A stretch of DNA of 64,000 bases, taken from positions 52,033-116,032 of IMG/VR virus record IMGVR_UViG_3300035698_013589; one strand, 5' to 3'. The position numbers and the translations under genes are program-made. Numbering within the stretch: position 1 is the stretch's first letter; every line of letters starts with the position of its first letter. The notes under the pieces are model-generated. The model was given only the letters and a program-made list of their open reading frames with translations. It was not told the DNA's origin and searched no databases. Shown here piece by piece: positions 59,789-64,000 of the stretch. The stretch is from a virus (lineage: Duplodnaviria; Heunggongvirae; Uroviricota; Caudoviricetes).

Positions 59789-60250
59789 AATGGCGTAGAA
59801 TACGGATACTTCAAATCTGGAAAAAAACCGTATTTGTTCTTTCCTTAAATAACCTACTCATGGTGGCGTAGGTTGGTAATACTTCGAAACTGAAAATATC
59901 GTTGGGAGCAATCCCAAAACCTTACCAATCGTTTGTTCCCCTTCATTATCCTAACCAGCTATGGTGGATTATGGGAGCCAAGGATGTGCACACTAACTTG
60001 GTAAACTCAAATAGTAAACAATGGTGGCGTAGAGCACGATTTCATCGAAACTGAAACCAAATTTCAACTAAAAACTTCGTGTTTGATTGTTCCCCACTCA
60101 TATTCAAAAGGTGGCGTAGTAAAGAGTTACTTCGACATGTAATCGAGAGGCCACGGGTTCAAATCCCGTTGCATCCTTCGGGATGTATAGCTCAGTCTGG
60201 TAGAGCGCTAAAATCTCTCTTTACGATTGTTCCCCTTTCATATTCAATCA
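59789..60250 (+). ncRNA. array of five tandem structured RNA-like units (candidate Y RNAs) with conserved junction motif ...GATTGTTCCCCWYTCATATTC...(A)GGTGGCGTAG
   Basis: units start at ~59789, 59862, 59963, 60023, 60110; each has a different but internally complementary helix (ATACGG/CCGTAT, TTGGTAA/TTACCAA, GCACGA/TCGTG, TAAAGAG/CTCTTTA). Confidence 0.5.
60110..60235 (+). ncRNA. YrlA-like Y RNA candidate with circularly permuted tRNA-like module (T-arm 60153-60169, acceptor hairpin closed by TTCG 60170-60187, D-arm 60190-60206)
   Basis: ACGGG-TTCAAAT-CCCGT, TGCATCC-ttcg-GGATGTA, TA-GCTC-AGTCTGGT-AGAGC all readable; enclosed by helix TAAAGAG/CTCTTTA. Confidence 0.55.
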
Positions 60251-60409
60251 AAAAGGTGTATATACGATGAAAAAGAAAGACATAACAATGTTACCAGGTA
60301 ATGTAAAAATCACTCCTGAATTAAGAATTTTAAAACGTAATAATTATCTTAAATATCTAAGTGAGTATCAAAAACTTCTTCTATCTAATAATAAAAAGGT
60401 GCAAAAACA

Positions 60410-60742
60410 ATGGTAGAGTTTAAAGAACATCCAACTAAATGGGAATGCCCATATTGTAATGATGTGTACGATGATGAAGACGAAGCTGAAGATTGTGCAA
60501 GAGATTGTGTGTTAGATGATGTAGATTCTCCAAGAGAAGTAGAGGGGTCTGCAGACGAACACATTTGTGAATACTGCAGCAAATCATATAGAAGTAATAG
60601 TAGTGCAGTAGAGTGTGAGGAAAAGCATATTGAAAAAGAAGATATGCATTTCCAAGAAAAAGAGAGGAGAGATTCAATGCAAAAATTAGCTGAAGCTGCG
60701 GAACATCCGTCGCAAATTACACTAGAATCTTTTTCTAAATAG
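60410..60742 (+). CDS. acidic zinc-binding protein
   Basis: CPYC...CARDC...CEYC...CEEKH. Confidence 0.4.
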   Translation: MVEFKEHPTKWECPYCNDVYDDEDEAEDCARDCVLDDVDSPREVEGSADEHICEYCSKSYRSNSSAVECEEKHIEKEDMHFQEKERRDSMQKLAEAAEHPSQITLESFSK

Positions 60743-60753
60743 GTTAATTTAAA

Positions 60754-62598
60754 ATGTATTGGAACCAAGTATTTACTGAAAACGGACAGGCTTTAACGCC
60801 AAGAAAATACTCTTCTGGAAAAACTCAAGAAGATGTTATTAAAGAATGTGTAGAATATTTCTTAGAAACTCCTATAAAATTTGATGCTGAAGATAATATC
60901 AGACCTACATTTTTATTGTTAAAAGGTGGGGTTGGTTCAGGTAAAAGTTCAATCGGGTTAGGTGTTGCAAGTTTCTTTAAAAAAACACAACTTGTAGTGC
61001 CAACAAAGATTCTACAAGACCAATATAGAAATGATTATGCAGGCGACAAACCAAGAATATATATCAAAAAACCTGAAACTGGTGAAGTAGTAAAAATAAC
61101 TACACCGAAAGGGAAGAGTAATTTTAAATGTATTTTTGAAGATAGAGACATGCACGATATGAAATGCGATAATATATTATTGCCTTGTAATGTTGAATTA
61201 ATGAAGAATGAAAAGCGTGTTGATATGGCAGTTGAATGTCCGCATTGGTCTCCTGTGTATCCTGTGATTGATGAGATTAAGAATGAAAATCTTATAGAAG
61301 TTGATAACAGAAGCAAACCTATTATCTTTGAAGCTATGCGTGATTGTAAGACATATTACAGAGCTGAGAACCCTTGCAAATATAATAAACAATACGATGA
61401 AATTTTGGATTATGATGTCTTAGTTCTAAACAATGAAAAGTTTAAGATAGAGCAAATGATAGGCAGGCTTCCTCAAACAGATATTGTTATTATAGATGAA
61501 GCAGATAAGTTCCTTGACGATTTAACAGAAAAAACAGAAATTAGTATCAATCTCCTTCTCAAGAAAATTGAGAAAAAAACATTCTTGTCAAAAGATGTGT
61601 TTGAAGCAAAGCTTAATCTCCTTAAAGGATGGTGCGAAATGCATTCATATAAGAATAATGAGTCTGATGTTTTCAACATGAAAAATAGTGAATTATTAGA
61701 CCTAATAGATTTCATGGTTAATGATAAAGAAATATGTAAATTAGATGAGCTGGAACAAACAATGGCAAAAATCCAGTTCATTAAAAGGTATGTTGATGAT
61801 GCAATATTTGTAATAAAAAGAAATGAATACAATGGTAAAATATATATCAAATTCGAGATATATATCTTAAATTTTACTGAGTATATGCAAGACTTATTCA
61901 AAGGGTTCAAACATGTATTATTCATGAGTGGAACTTTTATTGAAGATAGAAATCTGTTGAAAGAGATGTATGGTATAGATAAAATCAAAACAATCAGAAC
62001 AGAGAAAACTATATCAGGTAAACTGAATGTTATGATGTCAAAGAACGCAAAATCTTATAGCAGTGCAGTAACAAAAGCTAATAGAGCCACATACCTTAAA
62101 AGTTATAATTCAGCCATAGAGTTTTGTAAACAACATGGGAAAACTCTTGTTCATGTGAAGGCATTTAAAACTGATTGTAAACAGAAAAATGATGATATAG
62201 ATAATACTAAATATCCACATATTATATATGAAGAAGACTTACGAAAATATCAAGAAGATAATGTTCCTCAAAACATTTTGAAAGATTTTAAAACAGGTGA
62301 TAATAATGTTTTATTTTCAACCAATTTTGTTAGAGGTGTGGATTTACCTGGAGACCAATGTAGATTTATAATCGTACCAAGAGCGCCATATTCATACATG
62401 GATGCTTTCTGGAAAGGATTGGCCGAAAAGTATAAAATACAAAGAAGAATAAATATATATTGGAGCTTGTATAAAGATAAGATGTGCAGAGAACTAACAC
62501 AAGCAGTTGCAAGAGGATTAAGAAGTAATGCCGATGAAGTTACTGTCGTATGTTTTGATACAAGATTGCATGAACCTTTAAATAAAATAAAGACTTAA
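60754..62598 (+). CDS. SF2 helicase, XPD/Rad3/DinG-like with putative Fe-S cluster insert
   Basis: motif I GGVGSGKS, four Cys between motif I and II (CIFED...KCDN...LPCN...ECPHW), motif II VIIDEADKF, motif VI TQAVARGLRS. Confidence 0.6.
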   Translation: MYWNQVFTENGQALTPRKYSSGKTQEDVIKECVEYFLETPIKFDAEDNIRPTFLLLKGGVGSGKSSIGLGVASFFKKTQLVVPTKILQDQYRNDYAGDKPRIYIKKPETGEVVKITTPKGKSNFKCIFEDRDMHDMKCDNILLPCNVELMKNEKRVDMAVECPHWSPVYPVIDEIKNENLIEVDNRSKPIIFEAMRDCKTYYRAENPCKYNKQYDEILDYDVLVLNNEKFKIEQMIGRLPQTDIVIIDEADKFLDDLTEKTEISINLLLKKIEKKTFLSKDVFEAKLNLLKGWCEMHSYKNNESDVFNMKNSELLDLIDFMVNDKEICKLDELEQTMAKIQFIKRYVDDAIFVIKRNEYNGKIYIKFEIYILNFTEYMQDLFKGFKHVLFMSGTFIEDRNLLKEMYGIDKIKTIRTEKTISGKLNVMMSKNAKSYSSAVTKANRATYLKSYNSAIEFCKQHGKTLVHVKAFKTDCKQKNDDIDNTKYPHIIYEEDLRKYQEDNVPQNILKDFKTGDNNVLFSTNFVRGVDLPGDQCRFIIVPRAPYSYMDAFWKGLAEKYKIQRRINIYWSLYKDKMCRELTQAVARGLRSNADEVTVVCFDTRLHEPLNKIKT

Positions 62599-62692
62599 TA
62601 CTCATGAGATTATCAATGACGGAGCGTGGTTGTAGCAATACTTGGAAGGTTTACACCTCTTTTTCCCTACGAGCATCTATGAACCGATGAAA

Positions 62693-62800
62693 GATACGAG
62701 AAGGCTTTCGCTTTCTTTCGTATGCATCAAATGCAGAAAAGAGTATACCACACCTCATGCGGTAAACCCACCCTTAATTTATTTGATGCATACGTCTTTT
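62693..62800 (+). promoter_or_regulatory. structured leader with mutually exclusive helices; 14-bp perfect IR CGTATGCATCAAAT(62719-62732)/ATTTGATGCATACG(62781-62794) followed by T-tract
   Basis: read from sequence; alternative helix ATACGAGAAGG/CTTTCTTTCGTAT shares the CGTAT segment. Confidence 0.35.
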
Positions 62801-62806
62801 TAATGA

Positions 62807-63118
62807 ATGAAAATGGAAAATAACAAAATACAAATCAACGGAATGAATAAGAAACACTTATTTTGGATAATTCCAGTAGTGCTTATAGTTGGATTCTTTA
62901 TGGGGTCTTATGTAGTTGCATCAGGCACAGCTATCGCTATGGAACATTATCCTATAATGAGTTGCATACAAAATCTTGATATGGCACTAAATCCTATGTC
63001 TAACAAAATGCCAATCACTAAAGAAAGTCAGTATGAAGCTATTCAGTGGCGTTGTGCTAAAGAAACGGTAGATTTTAATATAACTGATTATGCAGATATT
63101 TTCGTGATGATTGAATAA
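62807..63118 (+). CDS. TM protein of IIWRC/IQWRC paralog family
   Basis: KKHLFWIIPVVLIVG TM, C-terminal AIQWRC. Confidence 0.45.
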   Translation: MKMENNKIQINGMNKKHLFWIIPVVLIVGFFMGSYVVASGTAIAMEHYPIMSCIQNLDMALNPMSNKMPITKESQYEAIQWRCAKETVDFNITDYADIFVMIE

Positions 63119-63251
63119 TGCCATTTGTGGAAAACACACCACTTAGACCTGCATTCTGTCCCTATTGTATAGATGGGTATGTTGTCTTAGATAGACATAC
63201 AAAGATTCCTTGTTGCGCAGTTTGTAATCAAAAAATTCTATTAGAAGAACG

Positions 63252-63500
63252 CTAATCAGCAATCGCTGCAATAATTATAACTCCTAATAAAAAGATTAAC
63301 AATCCTACTATAATTGTAACGAACATTATTGTTGGGAACCATACAACCCACCAAGGCATTGTGTATTTCAGTCCATAGTGTAAGAAAAACATCACACATT
63401 GAATCAATACATAACCTGGTTTTGGTATCAATGAATTAGTAACATTATTTTTAACTTTTTCTTTGTCTATCTTAATCACCTTTGTGTTCTGGGTCTTCAT
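63252..63500 (-). CDS. small membrane protein
   Basis: ORF in track, minus strand, two TM helices. Confidence 0.4.
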   Translation of the reverse strand: MKTQNTKVIKIDKEKVKNNVTNSLIPKPGYVLIQCVMFFLHYGLKYTMPWWVVWFPTIMFVTIIVGLLIFLLGVIIIAAIAD

Positions 63501-64000
63501 ATGAAACTAATGCTTTAAATCCGCATAAATAATTCTTTATTTGTTCATCAGTAAATTTGTTGCCAGTTGTGATTTTTTGAACCATCAGTCCTGGAAAATA
63601 AATTATTTTGTTATACCATTTGTCGCCACTAGCTCTTAAAAATAGCTCATATCCTATCGTTGGAAATAGCAGCCATACAAATGCTGATGGTAAGTTAAAT
63701 AACCCTACCCATATAATCTCAATAATGATTGCAATACCTAATAAAGTTCCGCCACATCTTGGTGTTTCTTTTGGCTGCTTTCTAACATTTTCAACTGTCA
63801 ATGGCAATCCTTTATTATATGCTGCAATTATTTTATGTTCAAGACCATGCAAATTTCTAATAGATATTATGTAAGTAAATATCCCTGCAACCATTACAAA
63901 ATTTAATACTATCCATATCACATCAAACATTGTATAAACTTTATCTGCAGTTGGAACTGGTTCGCCAATAAACAGACCGAGAATGAATGATACTAAAGCC
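63472..64000 (-). CDS. membrane protein with HGLEHK...PRCGG motif (possible metal-dependent membrane enzyme), 5' end beyond window
   Basis: reading frame stays open upstream of the Met at 63930 to the window edge. Confidence 0.4.
   Translation of the reverse strand, partial: ALVSFILGLFIGEPVPTADKVYTMFDVIWIVLNFVMVAGIFTYIISIRNLHGLEHKIIAAYNKGLPLTVENVRKQPKETPRCGGTLLGIAIIIEIIWVGLFNLPSAFVWLLFPTIGYELFLRASGDKWYNKIIYFPGLMVQKITTGNKFTDEQIKNYLCGFKALVSYEDPEHKGD

Noticed and set aside
59862-60032. Repeated TGGTGGCGTAG read as reverse-strand tRNA 3' ends (CTACGCCACCA looks like acceptor plus CCA)
   Set aside because: The reverse-complement units do not yield matching 5' acceptor strands or T-arms. The plus-strand structured-repeat interpretation fits better.
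60148-60212. Canonical tRNA gene
   Set aside because: T-arm, acceptor strands and D-arm are all present but in permuted order. The acceptor stem is closed by a TTCG loop. I cannot build an anticodon arm with U33 and purine 37. I interpret it as a tRNA-like module of a Y RNA, not as a decoding tRNA.
1-64000. Bacterial phage or eukaryotic giant-virus origin
   Set aside because: Pervasive Shine-Dalgarno sequences, ATGA gene overlaps and tiny genes argue against a eukaryotic virus. The BRE/TATA-like promoters, oligo-T terminators without hairpins and Pth2/RFC/PCNA favour an archaeal host over a bacterial one. This remains an inference. Several genes (RuvC, class II CCA, Ro60) are bacterial-type.

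Overview
This is a 64 kb, AT-rich, very gene-dense window. Nearly every gene is on the + strand from position 2 to 63118; from 63252 to the end the genes are on the - strand. It reads like the non-structural (replication, host-takeover, accessory) part of a large dsDNA virus or other mobile element. No capsid, portal or terminase gene is recognisable.

An archaeal host is inferred, not proven, from four signals:
- a recurring BRE/TATA-type promoter (cGAAAC-ATTTATATA, then TAGTTAGTATATCCTAATTAca)
- oligo-T tracts directly after stop codons with no hairpin
- strong GGAGG/GGGGG ribosome-binding sites, ATGA start/stop overlaps and dozens of tiny CxxC zinc-ribbon ORFs
- archaeo-eukaryotic protein types (two Pth2, RFC small subunit, PCNA-like)

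These sit beside bacterial-type genes (RuvC-like resolvase, class II CCA-adding enzyme with HD domain, Ro60, ArdA-like).

Main content, in order:
- A replication module: PCNA-like fragment, RFC-like clamp loader, family B DNA polymerase interrupted by an intein, and a RuvC-like resolvase.
- A 1.4 kb non-coding region full of iterons and perfect palindromes that share a GTGTTAC/GTAACAC core (putative origin or regulatory hub).
- A 4.4 kb array in which seven near-identical ~130 nt leader modules (oligo-T, GTGTTAC hairpin, BRE/TATA, an 8 bp inverted repeat overlapping the RBS, conserved 5'UTR) each drive a different unrelated small gene.
- Many small acidic, membrane and zinc-ribbon proteins.
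- A tRNA/translation-related cluster: class II CCA-adding enzyme with HD domain, two Pth2 paralogs, a minimal nucleotidyltransferase, and a PPP-family phosphatase.
- A flotillin (SPFH) membrane cluster, an HNH nuclease, a standalone CheY-like receiver domain, and a promoter-driven GC-rich structured ncRNA candidate.
- A Ro60 (TROVE plus vWA) orthologue followed by five tandem structured RNA-like repeats. The last repeat contains a circularly permuted tRNA-like module and resembles a YrlA-type Y RNA. Next to it is an XPD/Rad3-like SF2 helicase.

The Ro60 / Y-RNA-array module and the leader-cassette array are the most unusual systems here.
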